Source: Mobula hypostoma
Lineage: Eukaryota
Direction of reading: 5' to 3'
Assembly: GCF_963921235.1 (NCBI RefSeq)
Contig: NC_086108.1
Coordinates: 88,972,001-89,036,000, forward strand
Length of the DNA: 64,000 nucleotides
Shown here: piece after piece, positions 49,351 to 62,246 of the stretch
Position numbering within the stretch: the first letter of the stretch is position 1
Layout: every line of letters begins with the position of its first letter
Translations under genes and position numbers: made by a program
The notes under the pieces: generated by a model
Database searches by the model: none
Seen by the model: the letters and a program-made list of their open reading frames with translations, nothing else
What the model was told of the DNA's origin: nothing

Positions 49351-51407
49351 AAGAATCAAGATTTCAGTTGAGAAGGAAACTATTTCTCATGATTTGAAAT
49401 AGAACTGTCAAGTATTCAAAACTAAATTAGTTGCTGAGGAAGAGTGAGGTTGTGAACCAAAGGGTAACTCCTCTAAGTATCACAAGCATAATGAAGGGCT
49501 GCCTGGTCATTATGGTTTGATATTGGCAGATAGGGTCATCTCAGTAAGTGAACAGAATCTTAGATTAATATTGTATCCAATTATTTAGCATGTACAAAAT
49601 AAGACAGCACTTCTTTGGCACTGCATTGAGGTGTAAGTCTGCTGCTCTAGCTCATGTCTGGAAGTTGGAATTAATGTAGAATGAAAAGTGTTGGAATCTG
49701 ACCCTAGATGATGCTCTAATTGAAAGAAGAGGAGAATTTCAATAAGGTTCAACAAGGTGAAGGTAGAGTGTGATAACCCACTTGAAATCCAATTAACTTC
49801 TTCCAATCAATTTTGCTGAAATGTGTCATTTTTCATGGCTCTGGCAATGCGTCTCTCCTTTTAAAATAAAACTGTAAACAGCTTTAACATATGCTGAAAC
49901 AAATAGATACTGAAATATGAGTGAAGTGCACAATAAATTGTTTAATAAAAACAAATTAAGGAGCCTGGATATTTCTAGCATGAGTTCAATAATAGCTAAT
50001 GTTACCAATTCTACTGTACATACATTGTCAAATGTAACTGACTCATGAGGCTATGGGATTTGGGCTGTCATCTCAATTAATATTAGTTGAGCCTCTTGGG
50101 ACAAAATCTTTCATTATGACTGCCACATTATTCTGTAAAGTTTTAATAATTTAATAGCATCCATTACTTAAATAGGCTCTTTGTTTAGTTTTATCTGTAT
50201 TTCTGCAGATAATGTACAAATACTCTTGCTGAGTCACAACCTGACTGTAATTAGAGTTCAGCATTCATACAGAATTGTGCAGTTATGTAATTGGAAACAA
50301 CACATATCAACTTGTGTCTAGAATTTTTCCCTTATGCCATCTTTTAATCTACAAGAAGTTGTGGAGAAGATTTCTTCACTCATGGAACATGTGGGATGCA
50401 GGGAATGCAGAAAAGTCAGAAGGGAGGGGCATGTTTGCCATTCTGTCTCTACCTGTTAACATAAGGGTGCAGAAGAACTGGACACAACTGCCCAGGAAAC
50501 AATGAGATTTGTTTCAGATGAGACACTGATCTTTGGTCATCCAGAAGCTGCTTGAGTATATTGAAGACAATGATAAATCCCATCATCTATGTCTCTCTTT
50601 TCTGAATGCTAACTCCCAAGATATGAGAAGTAGTCCATATTTTCCAAGGTACTACCATGGACTGTGTTCTGCTGCCAAACAAGCTTCTGTTCCTGTCTAA
50701 TAGGAAAGTTACTGAATGTTAAACTAAATTCTTAAATTATTAGCTACAGTTTGTCAGTTTTTAACATAAATCACCAATATTCTTGTGTGAATTTTTGGAA
50801 CAAACATTTCAAGAGCTTTATACTGACACTGATGCCAATAGAAATGAATTCAACCTATGTTTTAACCTTTGTACAGAATGAATAGTATGTGCATGCAAAG
50901 AAAACTATCACTGTACACAGATTAGACAAATTAGCTACCAGTAACAAAGCTTGCAAAATTAACTGAAGATATAACAAATTCCATGGTAAAAGTCAAACCT
51001 TATCAGAAGTAATGGACCATGTAAAATGGTGGTTATTTCTACTCTGACATGTAGAGTAAAATATAGAATAATTCATGAATACTAGCATAAATCCAAGATG
51101 CTTCAAAAATGGAATTGGGAAAAGCCTGGAATCCTTTGTGTTACTGGATTCAGAAACTTCAGAGAATTGTTGACTAATTGAATTACAAAATTATATGGAA
51201 TTGCAGAGAAACAGATCTCACTTATCAATGGACCTGGTAGAAAGTATCCTTTTTTATATATTATGAAATTATTAGTTCTGGTAAAGTTGATTTTTACGAT
51301 ACTTTTCACAAATTATTCCATTAAATTTGTCAACTTGAGCAATCTCATTGGGATACATATTAGAGAATTGTTCTTTAGCTGTTAATACTGCTGAAAGGTT
51401 AGAAGTA

Positions 51408-51675
51408 ACACACACAAATGGCAGCATCTATGGAAAGGAACAAACAGTCAATGTTTCAGACTGAGATCCTTCATCAGGACTGGAAAGCGGGGGTGGGGGG
51501 TGGAAGAAGTCTATCAGATTCCTTCCTCTTTGTCCCTCCACCTTTTCCACTCACCCCATCCCTCCCCCACCCCACCCATCCACTTTCCCCCTCACCTGGC
51601 TTCACCCAACATCTGCACTCCTTCCCCTCCTGCCACCCTTTCACTCTGAGCTCCTTCTTCCTCGACCCAATGAAG
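51408..51675. mobile_element. Small inverted PLE-end insertion
   Basis: Minus pLTR arm 51408-51510 and plus pyrimidine-rich arm 51511-51675; TTAGAAGT on both sides. Confidence 0.6.
51445..51482 (-). ncRNA. Hammerhead motif with 5-bp stem I
   Basis: Minus strand CAGTC-CTGATGA-AGG(ATCTCAG)TCT-GAAACATT-GACTG. Confidence 0.6.
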
Positions 51676-52079
51676 ATTAGAAGTCTTTATTATCAACACT
51701 AATGACAACATAGACATTACAGCAATTAATGTTTCAATTCAAACATAATTGTAATTTTTAATAATTTCTGTCAGTGTCTGATCCATTGGGGCTGTTTTCT
51801 TTTCAAAATATTTTTCCTCTCTCCTCATATCTTTCATGACATTTCCCACTCGTATTAACCATGTTTAATCATATCATGCATCAATGTTATGTTATAAATA
51901 AAATGGAAGAAATTTATATAAATTATGAACAGCTTAGCTACACATATCAACTCAAGGACTTTGGTTTTAGCTTTTACACTTCAGTTGTAATCTGTCTAAC
52001 ATACACAAATAGGGATGTGGTGTAGATGAAAGCTGTTTAGTAATTCCTTAAAGGTGAAATGAAGAAAACTAGAGTAATA

Positions 52080-52476
52080 CACTCAGTGACCACTTTATTA
52101 GGTACAGGGAGACTTCTGACACTGTAGCTCATCCACTTCAGGGTTTGATATGTTGTGTATGGTTGGCTTCCTGTCAGCTTGAATAGTCTGGCCATTCACT
52201 ATAAATTCTAGAGACTGTTGTGCATGAAAATCCCAGGAGATCAGCAAGTTCTGAGATACTCAAATCACCCTGTCTGGCACCAACAATCAGTTCACTGTCA
52301 AAGTCACTTCGATCACATTTCTTCCCCATTCTGATGTTTGGTCTGAACAACAACTGAACCTTTTGGCCATGCCTGCATGCCTTTATGCACCGAGTTACAG
52401 TCATGTGATTGGCCAATTAGATATTTGCATTATTGAGCAGCTGTACAGATGTATCTAAAAAAAGTGGCCATGAGTG
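52080..52476 (-). mobile_element. Tc1-like transposon, internal-deletion derivative
   Basis: TIRs CACTCAGTGACCACTTTATTAGGTACA / TGTATCTAAAAAAAGTGGCCATGAGTG; TA TSD at 52078-79 and 52477-78; transposase N-terminus MGKKCDRSDFDSELIVGARQGDLSISELADLLGFSCTTVSRIYSEW from ATG 52329. Confidence 0.92.
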
Positions 52477-54291
52477 TATGATGCATTTCAAAATGGCATA
52501 GCAAGAAGGCTTGTTTAATGTTCCTTTCATTCAGAAGAAGTGTTCTGAACATTAACCTGATTCTTTTACCATAGATGCTGCCTGTCATGTTGAGTGTTTT
52601 CACTATTTCTGGGCTTCATTTCAGATTTACAGCACCTGCAGATTTTTAAATTATCATTTAGTATGTTCTAATTTTTTTTTTGTATTGTCCACGCAGACTC
52701 TAAGATAGAAGATACCAGGTTAGAAATCATTTTATGTGTGAAAGCAAGTATGAAACCAACACTGTTCATGGGAGCCATGCAACATTCTGAGGGCAGAACA
52801 TTTGCTGATGCACTGTCTACTTAAGTGAACCATTCTTGAAATGGAGGTCCAAGGTTACTGTCAAAATCACCACAAGCATCGTGCATCTTGTTATCTGATG
52901 CCCTACTGCAGTGAGAGCTTTAGAAATAATGTGGCGCAATGGGAAACACTACTGTGTTTGGTTATGCGATTCTGAGGGAGGTTTGCCCTTGAATCGTATC
53001 ATTGTAGTCACCTAGATATCCCTAAGTACTGGTGGGAAATTCTCCCTCTAAAGGTGAGCACTTGAACTTATTCAGCCGACCCTACATGAAGGTCAATAGG
53101 CTTGTCCTTGAGAAGGAAAGGAAGATCCAACTCAGCTGAAAATGTCACTACCAGATCAACTCAAGGCCCTATAAGTTTGTTTTATATATTTTTATACAAA
53201 AGATTACCAAGTATCAATTCTTGAGCATTGCCATTTTAGAAAGTGCTCCATTAAATCTAGGCAACAGAGAGAATCTGTCACTCCATGAATATGATATTGG
53301 TTCTTTACAGTACTTCGGTTTAGCATTAATTTGGGATGAATTGTGTACTGTACAAAGGTTTTAATCTTCGAGAACTGATTATTCTTCATAGTTTCTTGAG
53401 CAACAATATGCATCTGTTTCCCCACACTGCACTGAATTTAGATCCACGACCTGGAAGTGAAAATGCAATATCTGATAGACAAGCCTGGTCACTGGATGAA
53501 GCAGAAATACGGTTAAAATAATGTGCAGGGTGTAAAATACACCAGCCTTTCATATAAAGAAACATGAACTTGGGTTTCAGAATTAAAACAGAAAATCAGA
53601 TCAGCTCTGCTTTAGTGTTCGAGTCTAAATATTAACTAGCATCTTCTTTCTAAAATATGTGCCTGTACACTTCCAGCAGAATTCTTCTTTTGTTTAGAGG
53701 TAGGATCTATTTGCAGCTGTAATGCTTACTCATAAAGTAATGGCAAGGAGACTAGAAGTGTCAATTTTCCAATCCAATTCAAATTTAGCCTTCATCTCTG
53801 AGGAGTAATATTCAGTGTGAGGCAAATACATTAAGGACATTTAAGAAACTCTTACATGGACACATGGATGATAGAAAAATGGAGGGCTATGTAGGAGAGA
53901 AGGCTTAGATTGATGCTACAGTAGGTTAAAAGGCAAGCATAACATTGTAGACAAAAGGGCCTGTATTGTGCTATAATGTTCTATGTTCTATATGCAAATA
54001 TCATTGCTTTCTCAGATAAGCTTACACTGGGCAGATTGCTGGCAATTTGCTGTTGAACCATTGACTAACTGGAGGGCACAGTTCAGCAAACTCCATGCTT
54101 CCATGCCTGCACATTGAAACATTTCAATACACAGCATGAGGGATGACAGGTATTGGACATCTGATCCCTTTCACTTTCCCTGGACTTAGCACTGAGAGCA
54201 GGGCTGTTCTACATTTCACACCAATCTGAAATTGGCAAAGAGCTATATGAAAACTGTTCTTTCTTTTTCATTACGGTTGCTTGCTTTGACA

Positions 54292-54313
54292 TCTCTCTCT
54301 CTCTCTCTCTCTC
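54292..54313. repeat. (CT)n microsatellite
   Basis: Seen directly in sequence. Confidence 0.9.
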
Positions 54314-54387
54314 TTCCCCTATCCTCCTCTTAAGTTCAAATCCATTCCAGCTGCAATCTCCAACTGAAGGATTTCCCTTCCCTTCGG

Positions 54388-54478
54388 GACGAAGGGTCTC
54401 GGCCTGAAATGTCGACTGTACCTCTTCCTAGAGATGCTGCCTGGCCTGCTGCGCTCACCAGCAACTTTGATGTGTGTT
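54388..54478 (+). mobile_element. Solo PLE 3' end truncated inside the hammerhead core
   Basis: Starts GACGAAGGGTCTCGGCCTGAAA; near-identical to 11320-11408. Confidence 0.88.
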
Positions 54479-55914
54479 GCACCCTTTCAATTTGGCTGGT
54501 TGTCCACTGAAAAAGAAGAACTTGAGAAAGGGTTCTGGTGTTAAATCTGGCAGACCCTCATTAACTGGAATTTCCAGGCTTCACCACCTAACACTACCTG
54601 ACTGCAACCTCATTCCCCCTCTGCCCCAGTCTATCATGTTTCATATTTACCTTCTGTAATGAGGGCTAATCATGATACTTTCCCAAACTAATGGAGCCAA
54701 TTATCCTATTCATGTTGACAGCCAGCAAAACATCTTTGTAGTTAATATTCTGTATATATTATATATATATTATCTGGCTCTATCAAGGTGTGATGATGTG
54801 TGATGACTAGTGAGACCCTGGGTACTGTATTTACTGACAAACATCTCCTTAACAAATTATGATGGCATTCGGAATGAGGGCTCACTATTGTGGTGAATAA
54901 ATAGGTTGAAATAGTTATACAAGTACGATGAAGAGCAGATTCACAAAGTTGAAAAATAATCACAGCATAAGGTATACTTAATGTATAGGTATTTACCTTC
55001 ACAATTCTGGCAGTGTAATTCTTGTGATAGATATTCACTTCTATCTCATGCTTGCTTTCTAAATAGTAGCTGCCGTTTGAAAGGGCACAAACAGTTGTAA
55101 GAAAACTTCCAACCATATGTCTTTGTTTAACTTCTATTCAGTCTTCAGTTCTTAAAGTGTAAATGGAAAGTACCTTGAAGTTAAAAAAAAACAATCTTTA
55201 TAGAACAGCTTTGCAAACAGACCCTATATTTTGAAGATGCTCTGTCTGTAAAGAGTCACTCACCTGTTTTATTACTACTCAAGAGTGGAATGTAAGGCAA
55301 TGGATTGTGTAATTTGGGTGGTTTCAAACAGACAAGCTGACTCTTAAGTTACTTATTTCAAGGTAGCTTGCAGAACCAGATAGAAAGTATCATTTAGTGT
55401 ATCAATAACTGATGTGCTATAGTTGGAAGAGTTCTATGTACTCAGAAGTTAGCTTTACAACATCAATGGTAGCTAGCTATGATCTATATCTCCAAGAATG
55501 CTTTCAGACTCTTAATGTCTCCTAAGGCTAGCTGAGGAAACATCACATGCTTGTAAAGTCACCCAAGTGGCTGGAAAGGGTATAAATATAGAGAGCAGTT
55601 CATGCTTGTTAGTAATGAGATAAGGAACATTGTGAAACATGGCAGAACTAGAGTCCATTCATCCAGCTTCAGTTTCTGCAATGGACAACTTGTTTGGCTG
55701 CATCTTTGATATGTCATCTGAGTTGATAGGAATTGTACCTGTGTTTTTGAAATCCTTAATCCTTCATGTTTGAGATATGCTTTGTGCTTTGTGCTCTCCA
55801 AATAGCTTCTGTTTTAGAAATGGTTTGTAATTGGAAAATGTTTAAGATAGTAATCCTCGGTGAGGTTTAACTGTGTTTTAAAAGTGGTATGTGGATTTAA
55901 AGATGTATCACTGT

Positions 55915-57595
55915 CTTCTTCATCTTCATGTGCCTTGCACATTACACGCTTGGGCGATCATGGCTCTCCACATTGAACGATCCCATGCAGTGTCAATGAT
56001 ATCTCGCACACTTAGATCTGTTAGTTCTTTCACAGTGTCCATATATTTTCTTCTTTGCCTTCCTCTTCCACGTTTCCCAGGCATTCGGCCTTGTAATGTA
56101 AGATATTCTATTTCTCCCTTTCTGATGACATGGCCCAGGAATTTAAGTTTCCTCTCATTTAATATTCTCATTAAAGATCTTTTTGTATGGGCATGTTGGA
56201 GTACTGTCTCATTAGTTACCCTATCTCTATATGATATTTTCAGCATTCTTCTAAGAAACCACATTTCTGTTGCTTCTAAGTTTCTTTGGAGTTCTGGTGT
56301 TATAGTCCATGTTTTGGAAGCATACAGCAAGATTGACCAGATGTAAACCAATTTCCTCCAGGATCAATAAAGTATGACTATGACTATGGCTATGACTATG
56401 ACTATGTAACATTTTAGTATCCTAAGCCTTGTTGTCATAGAAATGTGTTTATTGGTAAAAATGGGTTTCATTTTTTGGAAATTGGTTTTGGCAATAACAA
56501 TTCTTCTTTTTATTTCTACTTTACTTCTAGCATCTTGTGATATAAAACTACCAAGGTGATTAAAGCTGGACTTTTGTTCAATCTCTTGGTTATCGATGTA
56601 CAATTGGCAGTTGGGAGTATCCTGCTGTTTTGATATTACCATACATTTGGTTTTTTTACAGTTGACGGTTAGACCAAAATCTGCACTTATTTGTACTACT
56701 TTGTCTAGGAGGATTTGTAGGTCTTCTGCAGAACTTACTGTTAGGGTGGTATCATCTGCATATCTTATATTGTTGATGTTAACACCTGCAATTTTTATCC
56801 CATTTAGGTCTTCTATTTCTCTCAGAATCATTTCAGTATAGACATTAAACAATTCTGGTGAGGCAACGCATCCCAGTCTAACTCCTCTTTGAATTTTAGT
56901 CCAACTTTAGCATCAATTTTTACCACCTTCGTTTGGTTCCAATATAAATTTTGAAGCAGTTGTTGGTCCCTTCCGTCAATGTTTAGTTTACCGAGAATTT
57001 GAAATAATTTTTCAAGTTGCACTTTATCGAACGCTTTAGTGAAATCAATAAAACATAAAAAGACATCATTTTGATATTCAATTGCCCTTTCTGAAAGCAT
57101 TCGTAGTATGAAAATTGCGTTCCTAGTTCCTCTATCCTCAATAAACCCATATTGTAGTTTAGAAGTTTCCGGTCTTAACTTGTTTTTAATTCAACTCAGA
57201 ACAATTCTCAACAAAATCTTTATTTTGTGACTCATAAGATTGACTGTTCTATAATTTTCGCAGTCAATAGTTCCAGAAATTTTTGGCAGAGTTATAAATA
57301 CTGATTTCAAGAGATCGTCAGGCAATACACCCGAATCATATACGCCATTAAACAGTTCAAAAAGAATATCTATGCCCAGATCATCATTTCCACTGAAATT
57401 TCATCAGGTCCAGTGGCTTTACCATGTTTCATGCTTTTCATTGCTTTAGTTATTTCTTCTTTGGTAATAGGTGAGCCAGAATTAGGGTGTTTAATATCTG
57501 GGGGTTCCCCTCTGTTATCCTCAAACAGCTGCTCTATATACTGAATCCACTTCTCACATACTTTATCTGGATCTGTTAGTATGGATCCGTCTGCT
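55915..57595 (-). mobile_element. RTE-clade LINE, 5'-truncated
   Basis: FIDFTKAFDKV, FNVYTEMILR, NINNIRYADDT, EIKRRIVIAK, EATEMWFLRRMLKISYRDRVTNE, GKRGRGRQR; GAA-rich tail. Confidence 0.92.
56347..56403 (+). mobile_element. 57-bp Rex/Babar 3'-tail insertion inside the RTE ORF
   Basis: accaatttcctccaggatcaataaag(TATGAC)n; ATGTAA TSD at 56341-56346 and 56404-56409. Confidence 0.88.
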
Positions 57596-58689
57596 CCTGG
57601 GTAGGCTTTAGAATTTGTGATATTATTTCTAAAGCGTTCATTGATGGTAATGAAATCTACTGATTCCTTGTTCTGTCTTGTTGTATCACTGTAAATAAAT
57701 GAATTATGTTTTAAACTACTTTGTTAGCTGAAAGTATCTTCCCCTTGGTAGGGAAAGGGGACCCACAGCTCAAATAGTGGGTATTGGCAGCTAAACCAAA
57801 CTGGAGAATAAGCAGGGAGGTAAGCTAATCTTTGAGGATTAGATAGTTACAGTATAATCTCCCTTTAGTGACAGTACTCATGGCTATTTATATGTGATAG
57901 TCTTTGTTTGAGTTTAGAACTTCATGTAGACAGCAAACCCAATACCATCACAGTCTCCCTTCTGTTCTCAAATCCACTCAATTGTTAGTGCACTTACTTT
58001 TCTCCAAATACTTTTTGCACTTCACATCCCTGGAGTGGCACTTAATAATTATGGCCGATACTCCAATGTCTCACAGGAAAAGAAAACCTGTGGCAGCTCA
58101 ATTCATTTTATTTTTATGGCTTTTTTTTTTAAAGAAAAGATGAACAAAAAAGCTGCCAAACAGTGAAGCTTGTAAGGATGCTAATAGATCCCTGGAATGA
58201 GCTGGCTATCAGTAACAGGAAATGCCTGGGGCTTTCCAAGGTACTGTGTAGAATGAACGGTAACAACTTCCATAAATACAAGTGTAGGCATATGTTAGAT
58301 TTCCTAACTCTGCATAGTCGCTTGATGCCTTTTAAAGGGAGAGATGCAATAACTGTTCCAAATATGATCCTATAACAAGGCAATCTGCTGTTCAAACTGT
58401 TCTCAGGTGGGTGTAGTGCAACTGCTTACAGAAAGTGAAGGATCCAGCAGTAAGAGTGCTTACTGAGGTCCAAGGTAATGATGCCACAAGATTTTGTGAA
58501 TTAAGCTTTAAGAACTCATAATATACAGGTTTGTGAGAAGACACAGGCATGTGTGCTGGGAAAGCCCTCTGGCTGCTGTTGCGAAACAACAAATTTCATG
58601 TCATAATGATAATAAAGTTAATTCTGATTCTGGTTTGGTTGGTGCAGAAACGGGGAGTTAAAGGTTGATCAACTCCAATCCAAACTCTA

Positions 58690-58925
58690 TTATCAATAGG
58701 TACATTTAATGTCAGAGAAATATATACTATATACATCCTGAAGTTCTTCTTTTTTGCAAACGTCCATGAAAACAGAAGAGTGCCCCAAAGAATGAATGAC
58801 GGTTAAGTGTAAGAACCCCAAAGTCACCCCAACACCCCCTCCCACACATGAGCAGCAACAACGCAAAGACCCTTCCCCCTCTTCCACCAGCAAAAAAAGT
58901 ATCGGCACCCCTCACTGAGCACTCA
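58690..58925 (-). mobile_element. LINE 3' UTR fragment (Rex/Babar-like)
   Basis: Tail-like ...gtacatttaatgtcagagaaa...atacatcctgaa, similar to other Rex 3' ends. Confidence 0.5.
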
Positions 58926-59410
58926 AAAGTACAGCAGGCAGTGAAAAAAGCTGATGGCATGCTGGCCTTCATAACAAGGGGAATTGAGTATAAGAGCAAA
59001 GAGGTCCTTCTGCAGCTGTACAGGGCCCTGGTGAGACCACACCTGGAGTACTGTGTGCAGTTTTGGTCTCCAAATTTGAGGAAGGACATTCTTGCTATTG
59101 AGGGAGTGCAGCGTAGGTTCACAAGGTTAATTCCTGGGATGGCGGGACTGTCATATGTCGAAAGATTGGAGCGACTGGGCTTGTATACTTTGGAATTTAG
59201 AAGGCTGAGAGGGGATCTTATTGAAACATATAAGATTATTAACAGATTAGACATGCTGCAGGCAGGAAGCATGTTCCCGCTGATGGGTGAGTCCAGAACC
59301 AGAGGCCACAGTTTAAGAATTAGGGGTAGGCCTTTTAGAATGGAGTTGAGGAAAAACTTTTTCACCCAGAGAGTGGTGGATATATGGAATGCTCTGCTCC
59401 AGAAGGCTGT
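58926..59410 (+). mobile_element. CR1 RT C-terminal fragment
   Basis: VQQAVKKADGMLAFITRGIEYKS...KNFFTQRVVDIWNAL. Confidence 0.92.
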
Positions 59411-59574
59411 GCTGATATCTGGTCTAGGAGATGAGATTTCCTGGAATTATAGTTCTGACGTTTGAACTATAGTCAATAAACAATAGTTTCATAGATGTGC
59501 CTTTATTGTCCGGATGCTCCAGAGATGAAAGTAAGGCATCTACTGTAGACCTGTTTTGCTGGAATGTGACTTGT

Positions 59575-59900
59575 AGTGAGTTCAAGTTGTCTGAGAGGCT
59601 CTAGTTAATACATACCATGAACAGCCTTCCAAACACTTCTTGATGGTAGATATCAAAACTACTGTGAAGTTGTTATTAAGATATGTTTTTCTTAGGTACC
59701 AGCATTTTAGTGGTCTTATTAAAGCAGGTGGGAATCTCAGACTGAAGCAGGGTGAAGTTAAGAGTCTCTGTAAATTCATATTCAGCCGATCTATGCAGGA
59801 TCTAAGGTCACGGCCAGGGGTACCATCGGGACCAAATACTTTCCATGGTTTCATTCTCTGGAAGACTGATCTTATGTATACAATGATGACTGAGGGTTTA
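59575..59900 (-). mobile_element. Old Rex1/Babar RT fragment
   Basis: KVFGPDGTPGRDLRSC..., ISTIKKCLE. Confidence 0.7.
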
Positions 59901-60748
59901 GGTTAATTGTTGGCTGTTGGGGTGGGTGGTGTTATTCCAATCCTCTTCTGTTCAAAATGTGCATAAAACCTGCATCAGGGAGGGATGCACTGTTGTCAGC
60001 AATGGTGCTTGACTCCATTTTTAGCAGATTAGAGCACCTGAAGCACCTGTCATAAAATAGGATTTGTAGAATAGAATAGTACAAGCACAGTATAAAGCTG
60101 TTTTCCAACTGAAGTTTGTCCTGGCTTACTGCAAGTATTCACACTCCTCCACTCGATTCAGAAAATGCTCTGTTGCACATCTATCTCTACTGATTTGTGA
60201 TAAATTTCTAGGCAGTTGTGTTCAGATAGGATGCAGACTGTTGATTCATCTAGCCACTCAGGTAAATGTATCTGAAGAATGGCAAGTAAGTTTCCCCTTG
60301 TTAACAATTAAACAGACCACAAAGCCAAAGGCAAGGTGCAAGATGGCACCGGTGAACCATGGCAACGAGTTGCGGGCTGCTTACAAAACTTCTAAATTTA
60401 CCTCTTTCAAATCACTCTCACTGTAATCTGTAGCTTGTAATTTCTCTTAAAAGATATATTATCACAATTCTTTCTTCATCTTTTGCATTTACATTTCTCT
60501 CTTCTGCTGGGTGCAGTCTTTCATTGGTTCTATTATGTTTCTTGGATTTACTGAGTATGTCTGTAAAAAAGCAAATCTTAGTGTTGTATATACTAACATA
60601 TATATATATTTTTTTTTGATTAAAAAAAACTTTGAACTTTTAACAAGGAACAAGAAATTAAATATATAAAGTCATTGAGTGGTACTGCATGGAAACAACA
60701 GGACTATGCTGACCCATTTATGTTAATTTTATCTTAAAACTCTTCCAG

Positions 60749-61618
60749 TCAAGACGGCGGCAGCGAACAATGATTCCTTAGACGATGTCTTTCAGATAGC
60801 AAATCTATCCAATTATTTCACTTTTTCCTCCGGTTTCTACTTGTTCTTTTTGTTTTGTTTGTGTTACGGAAACTGTCGCAGCCTGTGACATTCAGTTTGG
60901 AATTTGATCGAAGGATTTAGTGTTTGGCTGTGTCAGCTCTTGGAGATCAGAAACATGGGGGGGGGGGTGCAAAATGGAATGAAAGTACAAGCTGACTCGT
61001 GGAAAAGACCAGAGATAAAGCGTGGGTCATGAACGACTCCATCTCAAAGTGGTAAGGAAGACTGAAGCAATGAGGTGAATGTGGATGGGATCACTGTTAG
61101 CTCAACAGAGATAGTCAGCATTTGGATAAGCACATTTGGAACTGGGTCGGCGGTCACTCTTCACAGAAGGAATGAGTTCATGCAGTTGCTCTCCTCATAT
61201 GCAGCCAAAAAGATATTTCTTATATTCTAAGATTTATGTGATTATTGGACTGTACTTTATATTGGTTTGCTTCAGTTTTTTGGTGTTTCCTTTCTTGTGG
61301 ATGATTGGCAGGTGGGTGATCTGTTAATTTTTGTGTGTTGGGGAGGCTGGGGTTTTGGTGCTACTGTCACTGTTCTTTTCTACGACTGAAGAGGTCAGGG
61401 ATTGTTATGTGTAGGGGGTCGGGGATTGTTATTGCAGTTGTTTTTTGCTACGAGGAGGGGATTTTGGGGTTTATGAGTTTTTTTGTGCAGGAGGTGGAGT
61501 TGATGTCTTTTCCTTCATCAACACCCATGATATTTCTCTATTTAATGGCTATCTGGAGTAGACAAATACCAGAGTTGTATTGTACATGCACTTTGACAAC
61601 AAAATTAACCTTTGAACC
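60749..61618 (+). mobile_element. Non-coding retroelement: CAAGA(T/C)GGCGG 5' start and Rex-type tail
   Basis: 5' gtcaagacggcggc; 3' ...aaaattaacctttgaacc; related to 43860-44410. Confidence 0.55.
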
Positions 61619-61684
61619 CATTTTGTTCTTTTCTCAATCTCATTGAAGACTACATCCTAGCACTCAACTACACACTGATGACAA

Positions 61685-61870
61685 CTTATAATGGCCAAGT
61701 AACTTTCCAACGTGCATGTCTTTGAGATGTGGGAGGAAACTGAAGTACTTGGAGGAAAGCCTTACAGGGAGAGGGTATGAATTCCACACAGAGAACATGG
61801 TTGGCTAGGACTGAATGTGGATTAATGGAGCTGTGAATGTACAGCTCTTCTGGCTTTGACACTGTGCTGT
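61685..61870 (-). mobile_element. V-SINE fragment
   Basis: tgtgggaggaaactgaagtacttggaggaaagcc...aattccacacaga. Confidence 0.65.
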
Positions 61871-62246
61871 CCTTTATGTGGAAAGTAGGCAACATATGGA
61901 TAGCAAATGCTGTTTAATAGGTCGGTAGCTGCCAATTCAATCTGTTGGACAGGCCAACCTATTTGCATACTCAAGGTCAGTCTACAGTAAAGAAAGGGAT
62001 TGCCTGATGGACAAAGAAAATGATTTAAGAATGGGTACTAATCTTGCTTGACAAAATGCAATTTCTCCCCTGACTCCTGACTAGCATCAAGTAAAGAAGG
62101 AGCAAAGCTCAAGAAACTTGAGTCCATGCATCAGACATGTTGGAAGGAGTGCATCATGTTGTAAAGTACCCACTCACCCAGGCTGCTGTTAGCTCCCGCC
62201 CACTCCTCTGTACTCATATAACTCAGAGTACCAGAATGGAAGCAAG

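Noticed and set aside
53209..53450. Minus-strand exon candidate with a good acceptor
   Set aside because: Stops in all frames across the exon, a moderate donor and no recognisable peptide.
54788..54840. TGATGA...CTGA as a C/D snoRNA
   Set aside because: Only ~40-50 nt between the boxes, too short, and no recognisable guide sequence.
55582..55595. TATAAATA as a promoter
   Set aside because: Isolated motif in AT-rich DNA with no supporting elements.
58848..59465. 205-aa ORF as a domesticated gene
   Set aside because: Chimeric read-through from a LINE UTR fragment into a CR1 RT C-terminus; no catalytic core.
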